Both the position numbers and the translations under genes were made by a program. 64,000 nt of DNA. Source: Mytilus trossulus. Lineage: Eukaryota. Shown here in pieces: positions 1 to 15,600 of this stretch (its first letter is position 1; every line of letters starts with the position of its first letter). Under the pieces are notes generated by a model. That model was not told where the DNA came from. It did no database searches and worked only from the letters and a program-made list of their open reading frames with translations. The stretch is from assembly GCF_036588685.1 (NCBI RefSeq), contig NC_086376.1:5332001-5396000 (forward strand). Direction: 5' to 3'.

Positions 1-160
1 AATTTCAAGTTGATTGGACTTCAACTTCATCAAAAACTACCTTGACCAAAAACTTTAACCTGAAGCAGGACAGACGGACGAACGGACAGACGAACAGACG
101 AACGGACGCACAGACCAGAAAACATAATGCCCCTCTACTATCGTAGGTGGGGCATAAAAA
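1..160 (+). mobile_element. 3' end of a HINE-like element
   Basis: GACA/GACG microsatellite, terminal ATGCCCC..GGGGCAT hairpin; same family as 50070-50320. Confidence 0.7.
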
Positions 161-461
161 CATGATTCATGTAGAGTACTGTATAACATTCTATAGAAAT
201 ATTCATAGAAAATTCTTAGTTCTCTCCTATTAAAAGTTGGGGTTGTCCTATGTTTGGAACCATCGTCTCTTTTCACAAAAAAAAAACATGCAATAAAAAA
301 ATTCTTAAGATATACTAAAATATGCTTGACTTCGGAGTTATTTTTTTCTTAAGAATTTTGTAGAAAGATTTTCATATTCTCAAGTCCCACACTAAATCTG
401 TATGGTGTAAAAATTGACAATTTAAATTTCACATCATCATTTGATAAATATCTACTGATAC

Positions 462-657
462 CTCTAGATTTGTGTCCTATGACAGTTCCTGTTCCAAATC
501 CATCCTGATCTCCCCACATCCAGTCTGGTCCCCTCCTAACTCGTAGACCAACCTCCATTTCACTCTCTTCATCAATCTCATTTCGTTGTTGTTCTCTGAG
601 TCGCTGGATTTCAATTTCTTCTTCTGTTTCTTGAATTACCTTTGTGACTACTTCATT
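462..657 (-). CDS. Exon encoding the N-terminal half of the MIB/HERC2 domain
   Basis: Translates NEVVTKVIQETEEEIEIQRLREQQRNEIDEESEMEVGLRVRRGPDWMWGDQDGFGTGTVIGHKSR; TAG acceptor 660-658, GTATC donor 461-457. Confidence 0.9.
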
Positions 658-3600
658 CTATTTACAATGTTATTAAAATGTTATTATAGGGTTTTTTTTC
701 AGATTGAAATATATAGATGCATACTAGATGGTTGCTGTTCAAAACAATTCTCTTTCTATGGTGAATTATATGAGACAAAAAACAGTTATTTCTATTTCCC
801 TGTTTTAGTAAAAAAACAAATAAATGTAATGTTTGATTTAAATAACATTTTATAATTATTCAAAGTGATATAACTGAATGTTACAATGACCAATAAAAAC
901 CAATTTGAATAAACCAACATTTTTTGAAAGATGAGATGAGATGAGAAAAAATGCACAGGGGAGATAACTCTGGTAATTTTTATCATAAAGGAGACAACAT
1001 ATGCATAAGTAAGGTTCAATGTAATAGCAGTAAAATGCTAATTGTATAAAGTTCTGTTTTCAAAATCTTAAATGGATAAAAGGCAAAACATTTATTTTAT
1101 TAATCATCCTCACATCTTTAAAAAAAATCATATTTCAAGATTTCTATTGAACTCTATCTGACCTCTTACCATCTCCACTTCAGATAACTCTCGCCCATTC
1201 TGTAGATTTCTAGCTAAGGCAGCTATTTCTTGTCTGTTTGTCCTTATATCTTCTGTAATTCCTTCATATCTTGTCTGGCTGATCATTACCTGGTAAATTC
1301 ATGCACAAAATTATATGAGGTGTTGAAAAGAAGTTACTTTGAAACAATGTTGGTGTGGATTGGCTATCAAGATTAAAAAATATTTACATGTTTTAATAAT
1401 GCTAAAATTTTGGATTTTTTTCTAATGTATAAATAGAAAAGAATCATGTCCAACATAATTATCTTTTGTTTTTATCTTCTTGTCAACAAATAAGAATAGA
1501 GCTCATAACAAATCGTCAGTTTATACTTCACAAATAGGAAATAAAAAAATACAAAAAGTCCCTTCCTTATAACTGCATATCAAGAATATGTCCTTCACAT
1601 GTTGGCCTTAAAACATCATTCCTATTTCTTGTTTTGTGGGATTGCTGTCCTATTAATATTTACCTCAAATCTATTGTATATCAATGTGACGAAGTTGAAT
1701 ATCAGGTATTTGACTGAATGTAACCAAAAAGTTAATGTATCTCAAACAATAAGCTGTTGCAGTGTTGAAAAATGTAAAGAAAGGTTTAAGAATTAGAAAA
1801 TTAAGTCTTGTTAAATGTGTGTACTAAAGGAACAAAAAAAATATAAACGTAGGACTCTAAAGCGTGATGGTCAGACTGAAGTGTGATGGTCTACACTAAA
1901 ATATGATGATGTCTCAAGCTAAAGTGTGATGGTTGTTTGTTTGCTAAAGTACGATGGTATATCCTGCTAAAGTGGGATGGACCAAAGGGTTTAGGTCGAG
2001 GGCTTTAAATAACGTTTGAGAACATTCAATGCAAAAATAGTCCTTTTGCAAAATATAGTATAATACTAAACTATTGTTTCAGAAAAGGGAGAAAGTTTGG
2101 TACCATTAAAACGTTTAATACCGCTGCAATTGTTTGCACCTATCCGAAGTCAGGAATCTGATGTTCAGTGGTTGTCGTTTATTTAAGTGGTTCATGAGTG
2201 TTTCTAGTTTCTCGGTTTTTTTTATATAGATTAGACCATTGGTTTTCCTGTTTGAATGGATTTACACCTTATAATTTTTAGGGCCCTTATAGCTTGCTGT
2301 TACTGTGTGAGCCAAGGCACTGGGTTGAAGGATCTACTTTGACCTATAATAGTTTACTTTTATAAATTATTACTTGGATGGAGAGTTATGTCTCATTGGC
2401 ACTCATACCACATCTTCCTATATATAATAAAATCATTTCATAATCTTACCTCAACAAAAAATGACCTTGACAGATGTCTGACCTTGTCCAGGGATGATAC
2501 AACTCCACCAGTTGTTTCAGATAAAATTTGCAGGACATCCTACAATAGGTGATTAAAACTTTATTATTACAGCAGATAAAAGGATTCAAGATACCACACT
2601 TTTTTTAGTTCATAAACTTCTGAAGCAACCAAAATAGGAAAAGAAAATTAGACTTTATCTTTTTATTTCATGATTTAGAAGACATTGCTTTTTACCTTAA
2701 TGATGCTAAATCGATATATAACAATATATTACTAAATGAGAATCTAGACTGAAATTGTCTTCAGCATGGAAAAAACTAAGCTACAATAACTTATACACAA
2801 CTTACATCTCTGGCATCCTTTCCAACAGGAACACATGTAATATGTCTGTTCTCTAACTTGACTCTCTCAGCAAAATCCTCTAATTTGTCTGATATCTACA
2901 AAAATAGAGGAAATCTATGATTAAGATCTTAAAAAATGATGCCAATAATTTTATTTTAATCTGCTAACAACATCTAATAAGAGCCGTCTCACTAAATGCA
3001 ATGCATAATACATTATCAGTATGTCAAATTAAGACTCATATTTTTTTTAATCTCATAGTCATATATAATAAGTATATAAGTTTCATAGCATTTGGTTGAG
3101 GCAAAATAAATGGCAAAACTTATAAAGGGTCATGACCCTTGAACCATGAAAGTGACACTACCAAAATTTAGACTTGATTTGTGTTTGATGGTTATGGGTC
3201 TTGTGTATAAGTTTCATAACAACTTGTTGAGGTAAACTTAAGTCACACATTTTTTTAATTTCCAAAATAACAGAAAATGTACCATTTCCCATGATAGTCC
3301 ATTAGGCTGTAACATATCTTGTCCTTCAAAGATCCTGTGGTCAGTGGCTTTACCATCAGACAATAATATAACACGTGGATTTATCTGTCTATCATGTACA
3401 GTCACAGGTCCACCTAAAAAATAGTATTGAAAACTTCTACTGTAAATTCAGAAATTATGACATTGTACTTGCATTTATTATTGCAAGTTTTTTTTTAAGG
3501 GGCACTAGCTACGAGCTATATAAAAAACCTAAAGTATGATTTTTTTTTGTTCAATCATTAATGAAGTGAAAAAGTGAAATAGTAATTCTTTTATCAGCTA

Positions 3601-6600
3601 AAATGGTTGTATTTTATCAAATAAGGCTAATAAACATTGTTAATGACTTATTCACTTGCAAGTAAATAACTCGGCCTCATTAAATCCATATTCATGTGAA
3701 CTCAAATTTAATCCTGTAGAAAGAGATAGAATAAGGCATGCATTGTCCATATATGGTTATTTAAATGAAAAGAATGTCAACATTGAAAGTAAAACAAAAG
3801 TAAATAATTTGATTAACTGATTCAATCCACAAACAAACATCTTTATAAAGGTTAAATCGATGATAGAAATAATTTTTTAATCTATAATACATTATTTAAC
3901 AGACCTATAAAAATCAAATTGCATGAGTTGCTTAATCTATTTATATCTCTGTTTATATTTACATTGCTTATATGGTCATAGAAGGTCAACTCGATAGTTA
4001 ATTTGATGGCATTGTGGCTAAAATTCAAATGAAACAAAACTACATCTTATTGAGACCGTGTCCTGTAAATTAATGCTTTATTTTATACTTTTGATAGTTT
4101 GGAAAAATGTTTTACATTGTTATAAATAAGATATGAGGATTTGAGTCAAATGACATGAATTTGGCAGCTAGTGCCCCTTTAAAAATCTGAGTAAAAATAA
4201 ATGTTCCAGATGGTATAATGTAATCTGTTTTTTATTGCTATTCTCAACCAGCCTCATTATTTGTTTAATAAAAAATCTCATCAGTCAGCCCTTGAGTGAG
4301 GTAACTTTCAATGTGTTAATTCAGAAGTTTTTCAGATACTTTTCTATAGGAAATTCAAGAATTTTTCTTCTTGTCTAACCTAGACCTATATTTTGTTCAT
4401 CTTCCCAACTCCCTTTTGCATTTCAACATAGATTTTCATACTGGAAAACAAATAAGGGAAAAGTTTTTTTTCTAAATTTAACAAGTATTCATTGAATTTT
4501 CTGACATTAAAAAACTATAATAATTTGATTATCTCCCCTATACCATACCTCTATTGAACAAAGCACTCATTGCAACAACTAAACCAGTCATCATTGGAGT
4601 TGGACCACCACACTTCATTTTGTCTGAAAATATAATTACATATATTTCTTATCTATTAGTTCTTTCAATAGGCTATTTGAAAAAGTTGTGAATTAAGTCA
4701 AGCTCATCTCATTCTGGAATATTTTGTTGATGGTTTGATGTATGTTGCTCTGAAACTGATAACACATGATAAAATGATTTCTACAATTCTTTTCTTCTTT
4801 TTTTTTGTTCCCAGTAATAAATGTGTATCATGTTATGATAGCTTATTAATAAATACCACATTATTCTTCAAATTTAGAAAAAAAGTATAGGCAAAATTTC
4901 AAATGACAAATCTTAAATAAGTAACTTCATGTAAGAACAGGGAGGAAATAATGCCATAATTTGAATCTTGTCCAATGTTGACATCTACATTTCTATTTTT
5001 ACGTCTCCTTTTTCATATTAAATTCAATTTACTTTGATCTTACTAGGAGCTGTTTTGCAAATCTAACTGTTTTAATCAAAAGATTACAATATGAGTTTAT
5101 GTATTTATCTTACCAACAGCTTCCCTGACTTTATTATAATCATTTGTTAACTGCTGTAATATTCTAGCCTCACTTCCAAAGTGTACAATGGCTATATTTT
5201 CTTCTATTGTATATTCAGTTGCCCATTCTTCAATGTCTGAAATTCACAGTAAGCATTAAAATTAGTGCAAGACCTTTAAATGTTCTACATTCTGAAAGCT
5301 TAGATTGGAACACAAATGGTCAAACCACATCAAATAGCAAAAGGCAGGAACTAGCTTAATTCTTTCATTGATTTGTATAATTTGTGTATAAATGTTATGT
5401 TATGCTGTATATTATCTATTGGATATTTATATTGTGTAAATCCAATAAGCTGTATTTGCTTTATTAATACTGAAATAAAGTATTATTACATTAAATAATT
5501 TCAGATGTTGTTACATGTGTTAAGATTAAAATGTGAAGTTTATTCACTATTGAATGTACATGGAAATAACTTTTTGAACATATAATTTGGGTTTTTAACT
5601 CACTCAGAAACAACTCTGTTGCAATTCAGAACCAATTTCATAAGAATCAATATGATTGAATTCACTATACCTTACAATGGTTACAGTTTAGTATCAATCT
5701 TGTTCTAACTATAGAAACTTACAATCCACAAACTGATTGACAAAATCAACACACTCTTTGAAAGGTTCTCCCATCATACTTTCTGATGTATCAATACATA
5801 TCACAGTATCAGCTCCTGTTGATTTGGGATCTAAACAATCTCTGGCTGTTAAAATAATGTAAAAAAAGTTATATATATTACATATACATGCACAATCTAT
5901 GGAATAGGAAAAAAACAAATGAAGTAAAATTAAGAAACCCTTCTCACAAAATTCTTCTAAAACTTCTAAAGTTTGTGGCAAGATACAGACAGGTTCATGA
6001 CTCTCTTGCAACTTGTCATGACAATATTTTTTGTTCGGTAAAATATGATATACTGTGGATTCATTATTATTCGTTGGATACCAAATTTTCGTGGTTTTCA
6101 TGGGAAAAGTTGAACCACGAATTCAAATGTCCAACGAATAGCAACCACAAAATCAAATATCCTCAAATATGATACCACAAATTAGATTAAAAAAAATCTG
6201 TTTAAGCTTCATGATAGGTGTAAGTTGTATCTATGAATAATGTCAGTGACACATTCATTTCATTGGTACATTGACATGTATTATCATGAAAACCCTGACA
6301 TTGGTGTCATTGCCTAATACTTTGGTGTAAAAAGTCCAGATCATTATCTAAAAAAACTAGAGGCTCTAAAGAGCCTGTGTCGCTCACCTTGGTCTATGTG
6401 AATATTAAACAAAGGACACAAATGGATTCATGACAAAATTGTATTTTGGTGATGGTGATGTGTTTGAAGTTCTTACTTTACTGAACGATTTTGCTTCTTA
6501 CAATTATATCTATCATGAACTTTGCCCATTAGTAACAGAGAACTATATTTGGTAAAAATTTACATAAATTTACCAAATTAATGAAAATTGTTAAAAATTG

Positions 6601-9600
6601 ACTATAAAGGGCAATAACTCCTTAAGGGGTCAATTGACCATTTAGGTCATGTTGACTTATTTGTAGATCTTACTTTGCTGAACATTATTGCTGTTTACAG
6701 TTTATCGCTATCTATAATAGTATTCAAGATAACCAAAAACAGCAAAATTTCTTTAAAAATTACCAATTGGAGGGCAGCAACCCAACAACCAGTTGTCCAA
6801 TTCATCTGAAAAATTCAGGGCAGATAGATATTGACTTGATTAACAATTTAACTTCTTGTCAGATTTGCTCTAGATGCTTTGGTTTCATAGTTATAAGCAA
6901 AAAACTGCATTTTACCCCTATGTTCTATTTTTAGCCGTGGCGGCCATCTTGGTTGAATGGCCAGGTCATCGGACACATTTTTCAAACTAGATACCCCAAA
7001 GATGATTGTGGCCTAGTAGTTTCAGTGGAGATTTTGTAAAAGATTACTTAGGATTTATGAAAAATGGTTAAAGATTGACTATAAAGGGCAATAACTCCTA
7101 AAGGGGTCAACTGACCATTTTGGTCATGTTGACTTATTTGTAGATCTTACTTTGCTGAACATTATTGCTGTTTACAATTTATCTCTATCTATAATAATAT
7201 TCAAGATAATAACCAAAAACAGCAAAATTTCCTCAAAATTACCAATTCAGGGGCAGCAACCCAACAACCGATTGACCGATTCATCTCAAAATTTCAGGGC
7301 AGATAGTTCTTGACCTGATAAACATTTTTATCCCATGTCAGATTTCCTCAAAATGCTTTGGTTTTTGAGTTATAAGCCAAAAACTGCATTTTACCCCTAT
7401 GTTCTATTTTTAGCGGTGGCGGCCATCTTGGTTGGTTGACCAGGTCACGCCACACATTTTTTAAACTAGATACCCCAAAGATGATTGTGGCCAAGTTTGG
7501 ATTAATTTGGCCAAGTAGTTTCAGAGGAGAAGATTTTTGTAAAAGATTACTTTAATTTACGAAAAATGGTTAAAAATTGACTATAAAGGGCAATAACTCA
7601 TAAACGGGTCAACTGACCATTTTGGTCATGTTGACTTATTTGTAGATCTTACTTTGCTGAACATTATTGCTGTTTACAGTTTATCTCTAACTATAATAAT
7701 ATTCAAGATAATAACCAAAAACAGCAAAATTTCTTCAAAATTACCAATTCAGGGGCAGCAACCCAACAACCGATTGACCGATTCATCTGAAAATTTCAGG
7801 GCAGATAGATCTTGACCTGATAAACATTTTTACCCCATGTCAGATTTGCTCTAAATGCTTTGGTTTTTGAGTTTTAAGCCAAAAACTGCATTTTACCCCT
7901 ATGTTCTATTTTTAGCCGTGGCAGCCATCTTGGTTGGTTGACCGGGTCACGCCACACATTTTTTAAACTAGATACCCCAATGATGATTGTGGCCAAGTTT
8001 GGTTTGATTTGGCCCAGTAGTTTCAGAGGAGAAGATTTTTGTAAAAGTTAACGACGACGGACGACGACGACGACGGACGACGGACGACGACGGACGACGA
8101 CGGACGACGGACGACGGACGCCAAGTGATGAGAAAAGCTCACTTGGCCCTTCGGGCCAGGTGAGCTAAAAACAGTAAGCCAGAAAATGTACAAATTACAG
8201 ATAAAATTATTTATCAACATTTAAAAGGTACAAAGCAAAAAACAAACTAAAATCTTACCCTTAAAGTTTTCAGACAAGGCTAACTGTTCCAGAAACTGGT
8301 CTTCCTTAGGTCTGGGATATTTCATGTCATCTGGAAAATCTAAAATATTTTGGAATCAGTATTGGTTGTTGATCATACAGTCATTAATAAATGGAAGACA
8401 ATAATAGCATCAATTTAAAGTAGAATTTGAAGCAAGCTAAAAAGTTATCATCAATAGAATTGCTTTGTATTTTCTATTTTTGAACATATCCTTTTACGAA
8501 GATCATTAATGTTTTAACCTATGTAAATTATTTTTTATAAAAGAGGTTTCCTTTTTACAGTCAAAGTTATTTTGTGAAGAACAATTAAAGGTTTGAAAGC
8601 TGTTGTGACAGTCTTAATTAAAAATAAGTTATTTAAAATCCCTATTTTTAATCAATTAATTCAGAAAAGATTACATTAGTTTTAGAACAATTAAATTTTA
8701 AAAATTGAACATTACATGTATTTTGAATCTTCTGTCAGAATGAAAAATACTATAATAAAAGTGAGAATGGAAAAGAGATAACAACCAGACCAATGAATTG
8801 TTAAATGGGAGATAACTCAGAATTTAAGCTATGATTTAATACCTGGATAAGTTTCTTTAGGCATATCACTTTGGCTGAAAAATAAAATTTATATATATAA
8901 TTTAGCATATATATAAAACGTCTGTATAGTAGTCAACGATTTTCCCAAGAGGGCGCTGGATCGTTACGAGTAACGATACATGTACACAATAAATAAATTT
9001 AGTGGCGGATTTACCGGGGGGCACAGGGGGCACGTGCCCCCCCCCCCCCCCCCCCCAGTTCAGGTCACCAAAATTTTGTTTTCAAACATAATTTTATTGC
9101 TACTGAAACTTATTATCTAGTGCGGAAATTGTCACAGCTTGATTAGACTTCATAAAGTGGTCGTTAATTAATACCAGCGTCCCCATGCGTGATTTATGAC
9201 AACTTATCGGTGCTTGTGTAAATACTGACAAGTGTGTGTAATATCTCTAAGCAAAAGTTTTTATGTAATTTACATTTACATATAGATTGGAATAGTACAA
9301 ACTTGTATTGGTTTATAATACAATACCGATCAAGATCGATTACCAGGTAAAACATCTGATCTGTGTATTTGAAGAATAGGTGCAAACATTTCATGTAAAT
9401 GCACGTTTTTTTCCAAAACTTTCTTTTTGTGAATTTTATCCGGCAACAAATTAAACATATATTTTTTGATAACTTAGGAGATATGTTTTTTAAACGGAAT
9501 AACATATTTCATTCCCCTCTTATTTTCAAGGGCAATCAAGAATTTGTTTTACTCCCCCTTCACTTTCCCCTAATGCTTTCCCCCTGTCCAGAAAAAATTA

Positions 9601-12600
9601 ATTGACATTTCCTATTAAATAATAATTAATAAAATGCAATATTTGATTTTCGTTAAAATTTAGTGTTACAGAATCTAAGACTTACACATTTCTCTAAAAT
9701 CCGAAGCATGCAGTTATATTTGTTTTTATTGTTCTTGTTTCAATTACTACTATATACATGTATGAGGCTATGCAAAAGGTCACCATTTAAAAAGATATGA
9801 AGGTGTTTTGCAGATATTACAATAATGTGCAAAAAAGTCTGGAAGCGGGGCCAAAAAAAATAGATAAAAGAATATAGAGGTAATGAAGTATATTGTTCGA
9901 TTGTTGCATTGTTGTTAAACGTCCAGTGGCAAATATTTGATGCATGTTTAGGTCGAATGTAAAATAAAGATCAATTGGCAGTAAAGTGAAAAAGTAAAAA
10001 ACGCAAAAACATATCGAAATGTAGAATCGATGAAATCTGACCCCCCCCTCCTGCCCCCCAAAAAACAAACAAAACAAACCTAGCACCCACTCACACTCGC
10101 ATATATATATATTATATATACATCCAAAAAAAATTGGTTCATGGTGCCCCCCCAGACATCGAGGTCCTGGATCCGCCCCTGAAATTATATAAACACCTAA
10201 AAAAGTGTACACAACAACTCCAAATACAAAAAAAGGTAACTATAAAATTAATGTAATTATTTATAAATATTTCGGATAACAGATATCCTTGGTCAGTCAG
10301 ATTCTGATGTGAAATAAATCATCTTCAAGTCTTGTTAGATTAAACTTTTACTAAATCTTGAAATTTATACAATAAAAAAGTCAAACCGAACATCAGTGAA
10401 GACGCTTGCACCATTCTAAAAAAATGTTAACTGTTAACTGTTAATTTAAAAAGGTTATATGGTTTATTAAAACAGAGAGCTCATATACAGAGCTCCAGAT
10501 AAGCTGCGTATTTGCGTCATCACGCAATACAAATAATAAAAAACCCAATGCAATTGCCCATTGCAGGGTTCAATAACCCAAATAATTCAAAGAAAAACCC
10601 AATTACATGCCAAAACCATGAGTTCTCAACCCTATTATTGGCTACCGTTTGCGTTATATACCCTTATCTGTTTATGGTTGTCACGTAAATCTATATTTAT
10701 AATGTTTATGATTGGAAATTTCCTTTCGTTCTAAAAATAGATCCCAGCATCAAGTAGCAATTTCACTTTAAAATGTCAAATTTTAGAAAAATGTAGGCAA
10801 AAACTTTTTCAAGAATTAGAGAATATAATTCCAGATTTCACCAAAATGTCTGATGAGGAAAAATTTGTATTTATGTTTACTTTTAATGAGTATGATGTAA
10901 CTAAAATTATTGTCAAGGGAGTAAATGATTTATATGTATTAAGAAACAGCCTAGCTGATAAGAAAAACTAATGTACGTATAATTTCTTATAGTATTTGTA
11001 ATGATATATTTTATAACAATTGCATTAATATGAATGTTTGTACTTGGACTTTTAATTTGCAAAGGTATCACCTCCTCCAAAACATTTAAATATATAGTCT
11101 TATAAGAATATGAATGTTGTTTAAATTTATATATTATATGTTTGTAATGATTGTCATGTTTGTCCTGGTAACAATCCATTATTTGGATTTTACACCAATA
11201 AAATGATTTGATTTGATTTGATTTAGTAGCTGAAATGGGTCCCTGTTGGAGTTTTCTGTTGCTCAATAGGTACATGTGTTTTTGAAAACAATTCAATCTT
11301 CTCAGCGTTTATCCAATTAGCGTGTGTCATGAAATCATATTTTTTTCGTATTGCTCGGGATTTATCATAACATACATTGAATTAAAAGGAAAGTGAATGT
11401 TCGGTAAAAATATTTAATAGAAGCATGTTTTCTGCTTCTTTTGAAAAGCTGAGGCAAAGTTATGATAATAACAAGAATCAACCAGTGTTTTTAGGAAGCG
11501 TCCATCGAACACACAGTGTGTGTGCGTACCTTAACGAGAACATAGCTAGTAAACTCGGGGTTTCGTCAAACATGTCAAAAAAATTCAGTTGGAAAAAGCG
11601 AAAGGCCAAATCAATTATGACATGAAATGCATGATAAAGCATCAGAAACCAAAAGTTCTTATAAAAGACAACTATACCCAGATTTATGGAAATTGAATAA
11701 AACAAAAACATTTAAGTATAATTAGAGTTATTATATAAAGGTATAAGACAAGTGCCTGTGAATACACATATCTGTTTTTGTGAGACAATACAAAACTGGC
11801 AGAAGGTTTGAAACGGACACAAATTAAACCTACAAATGCTCCTGAGTGAATTAACCAAATAAAACAGCTAGCAAATAACCCTAAGCCTAACCCTAAACCA
11901 ACTAAAACAGCTAAACAAAGAAAGAAACATATTTAAGATTGAAAAAAATCTGGGGTTGATATTGCCTAAATATTCAATATTGTGTTGATGAAAAAACCCA
12001 ATACATTAAGGAGCTTGGTGGTAAAAATCCCAATTTGATATTAACATGAGGGGTGAATTGGAATTGATAATGCAATTAAAAAACTTTATCACCCAATTAT
12101 ATAAGAAAATGGTGGGTAAAAACCCAAATTTGTGAATTCTTATCTGGAGCTCTGCATATATATGCTTTAAATACAAATAATAATGTGTGATTTGAACTAG
12201 CACAATTCTAAAACTTATCGGGAACAACAATGATGATAATTTAGCATATATCATTATATACATATATCATCAGGATAAATAAATCTCATATTCTAATAGA
12301 GAAAAACAAGACTAAAATAAAAAATCTTTATCATTTCTTTTGGAGGAGGGGGTTTGGAAACATCAGATTTTGGAGAGAAGGGACTGCAAGAATAATTTTT
12401 ACATTTTTATCAGAAGAAATGATCAGGTAAATCAATGTACGTTGAGTGATGAATTCTGACATTGCTTCATTATCAGTAGCCCATGTCTAAAAGTTACTCA
12501 TGTATTAATTGATGTTGACAAATATCAAATTAAATTATAGGCTTTCATAGATATAAGAAGATGTGGTGTGAGTGCCAATGAGACAACTCTCCATCCAAAT

Positions 12601-15600
12601 AACAATTTAAAAAGTAAACCATTATAGGTTAAAGTAAGGCCTTCAACACGGAGCCTTGGCTCACACCGAACAACAAGCTATAAAGGGCCCCAAAATTACT
12701 AGTGTAAAACCATTCAAACGGGAAAACCAACGGTCTAATCTATATAAACAAAACGAGAAACGAGAAACACGTATATATTACATAAACAAACAACAACTAC
12801 TGTACATCAGATTCCTGACTTAGGACAGGTGCAAACATTTGCAGCATGTTTTGATAAAACCAGAAAAATCAAGTGTCCATGCATGCAATGCTTCCCTTAT
12901 TCAATAGATGATTCCACAGAATTAGTTTATATCAACTTTGAAAACCTCGGAGCCTCCAAGCAATGCTTAGATTACATGAATGTTCTATATTGAATAACAG
13001 TGAGCAGAAATTATTTCATGCATATTCTGAAGGAGCAATATCTTTTCAGGGTCTTTTTCTCATTATTGAAGGCTGTGCTATGACCTATAGTTACTAACCT
13101 TCTATGTCCTTTGGTCTATAATGAAGATTTGCAATCATACCACATCTTCTAAATCTTATATTAGATGATTTTAATAAATGTCAAAATAGAAATAAGAAAC
13201 TGAAATGATACAGCTAGTAAGTAAAGTAACTTAATTTACCTTGGAATGAACTCTTCTTTCGTGTCCATGACTATTTCTGGACTTTTAGATCGAGGCTGAG
13301 GTCTGACTATAGCAACAGGCTCTACTTCTGTGTCTGATTCTTCCTGGTCACTTTGAATATGAAAATATCTTAGTCTATTATCTTCAGAATTGTCAGTCTT
13401 TATGCACTTATATTGTCGACCTGACAATAAACTCATAGGGCCTGTTGCAACTTCAACAGTCTTTTTTTGTACTGGAGCATGTACTGGTTGTGACTGGACA
13501 TTAGGTTTTTCCTGTTTAAAAGTTGGATGTGTTGTCTCTGCTACTCTTTCTTTAATTGGGTCCCTCCTTTCAAACACAGGAACAGCTTTGTCTTCACTTT
13601 GTGAGAGATATATTTGGTCTGTTTGTGGAATTGAGGTGGGCTGCTGAATAGATTCTGTAACTGATTTTGGACCTCCATTGTCCACTGAATATATTGAACT
13701 TGGTTCATTATTAATTGTATTTTCTGTTTGGTTTTGTTCCTGTCTGGTATCTGCTGTACTTTTATATGTAATCCTGTCTCCATTTTCACTGCCTTGTTGA
13801 TCATAATTAAAAGGCTGTTCAAAGCTTTGAGTTATTTCGGGTGCTTCTTCGTCTGAGTCAAGGTCATCTTCCAGAACATATCTGGTGGGCTGGTTCTTTA
13901 ACGTATTTACTTCAGACTGTACATTTTCAAGAACGCTGCGGAGTTCATTATTCTGAGTTATCATATATTCCACTTTAGTGTTTATGCTATTTATAAGACC
14001 AGCAAATCCTCTGATTTCTCTTATCTGTAAAAAAAAAAAAAAGAAGAAAATATCATATGGCTACTATATATTGATAACAGAAATGATTTTTTTACTGAAA
14101 TATCTCTAAATTGTAATAATTTTCAATCGTTAGACAATTTTTCAAAGTTTTTATGGCTATTTACACAAGAAAATTTAAATGTGTATAAATGTTTAGGAAA
14201 GTATTTATCTAAAAAATCTAGAGATAAGGAGAAGTTCAAAAATAATGAATACAAATTAGCCACAAATATACATATTTTGAGTGGTATATGATTTTAAATG
14301 GTATATTTTAAAGATCTAAATTGTATTGTCTGGTTCTGTCCTGGCCTTTTATAGCATTTTTAATAGTACTAAACAATGTTGTTTTCTTATATTATATGTC
14401 TCTAATTTATGTCTAATCATAGGTTCTTGTATGTAATGTCATGAAAGCTCTTTATAGGGCCCTTTAATTGGAAATAAAATATTCTTATTCTTATTCTTAT
14501 GGCTTTTTCAATATGGCACCTGAGTAACTAAAGACACCAAATAATCACAAGAGGTCTATCATGTTTGATGTAAAAAAAAAAAAGTTGATTTTATACACAT
14601 AATTTTAAATCTCAAGTATTTATTCATGATGCAGGCAGATTGAGATTTGATTAAGCCTATGAAATCTTTATATCAATATCATCACAGCTATGACTGATTG
14701 TACAACACAATTGTCATTAGTTGTCTTCAATATGCAATTTACTTGTATTTACTACAATATTATGTTATTTTGGATGTCTACAAATTTATTCAGTTCCAAA
14801 ATTTTCTTCTACCTTTAACACTGCATTTATTGTCATCCACATTTTTTAAAAATGTTTATTTTATAAAAATATACAGAAATCATCCATATGCAGCTCACAA
14901 GTTAAACGGCCTTTATTATGAACATGAGAATAAGGAGTTGTGGTATGATTACATAAATAGTTCATTACAAAAATATTGAAATTTGTTATAAATTACATTG
15001 TGTTTTCCAACTTGAGCTATATCTATCCAATAAGTAAATTTCATTTGTGTCTAACTGATAAACTTCTAAAAAACTGATCATACCTCTTGTAATATCTCAA
15101 ATACTTGACTAGCCAAGTACTGAACTTGTTCTGAGGTACTGTAATTAGGGGGTTCCATAACAGGAGGTCCCATTGGTGGTGTAAACTGGTTCCTGGTTTG
15201 AAAAGGGCCAGTCATGTCAGGCATATGGTTTGGTATACCAGCATACTGTTGTTGTCTTGGAAACCCTGCTGAATACATATTCTGACCGCCTGATTGAAAC
15301 TGTTTTTGCCTAACTGACGGGGTTTCATTGAATTGGTTTGTGATTTGTTGGCTGATTCCACTAGGAGGGTATTTCTGGCTCATGGCATGTGTATCCTTTG
15401 AAGGTCTAGTTACTCTTGGGGTACTAAATGATTTAGATCTGACATCTTCTTCTGATGAAAACAATAAAAACAAATCTTAAAAATACTCCACTGGTCAAAA
15501 TTTTGCTGCTCATTAGCTACCAAAATATTTTTAAAAAAAATTACAGAAAAATGTCTTAGTGTTAATATTCACATTATCAGTTAAAATGAATTGTACTCAA

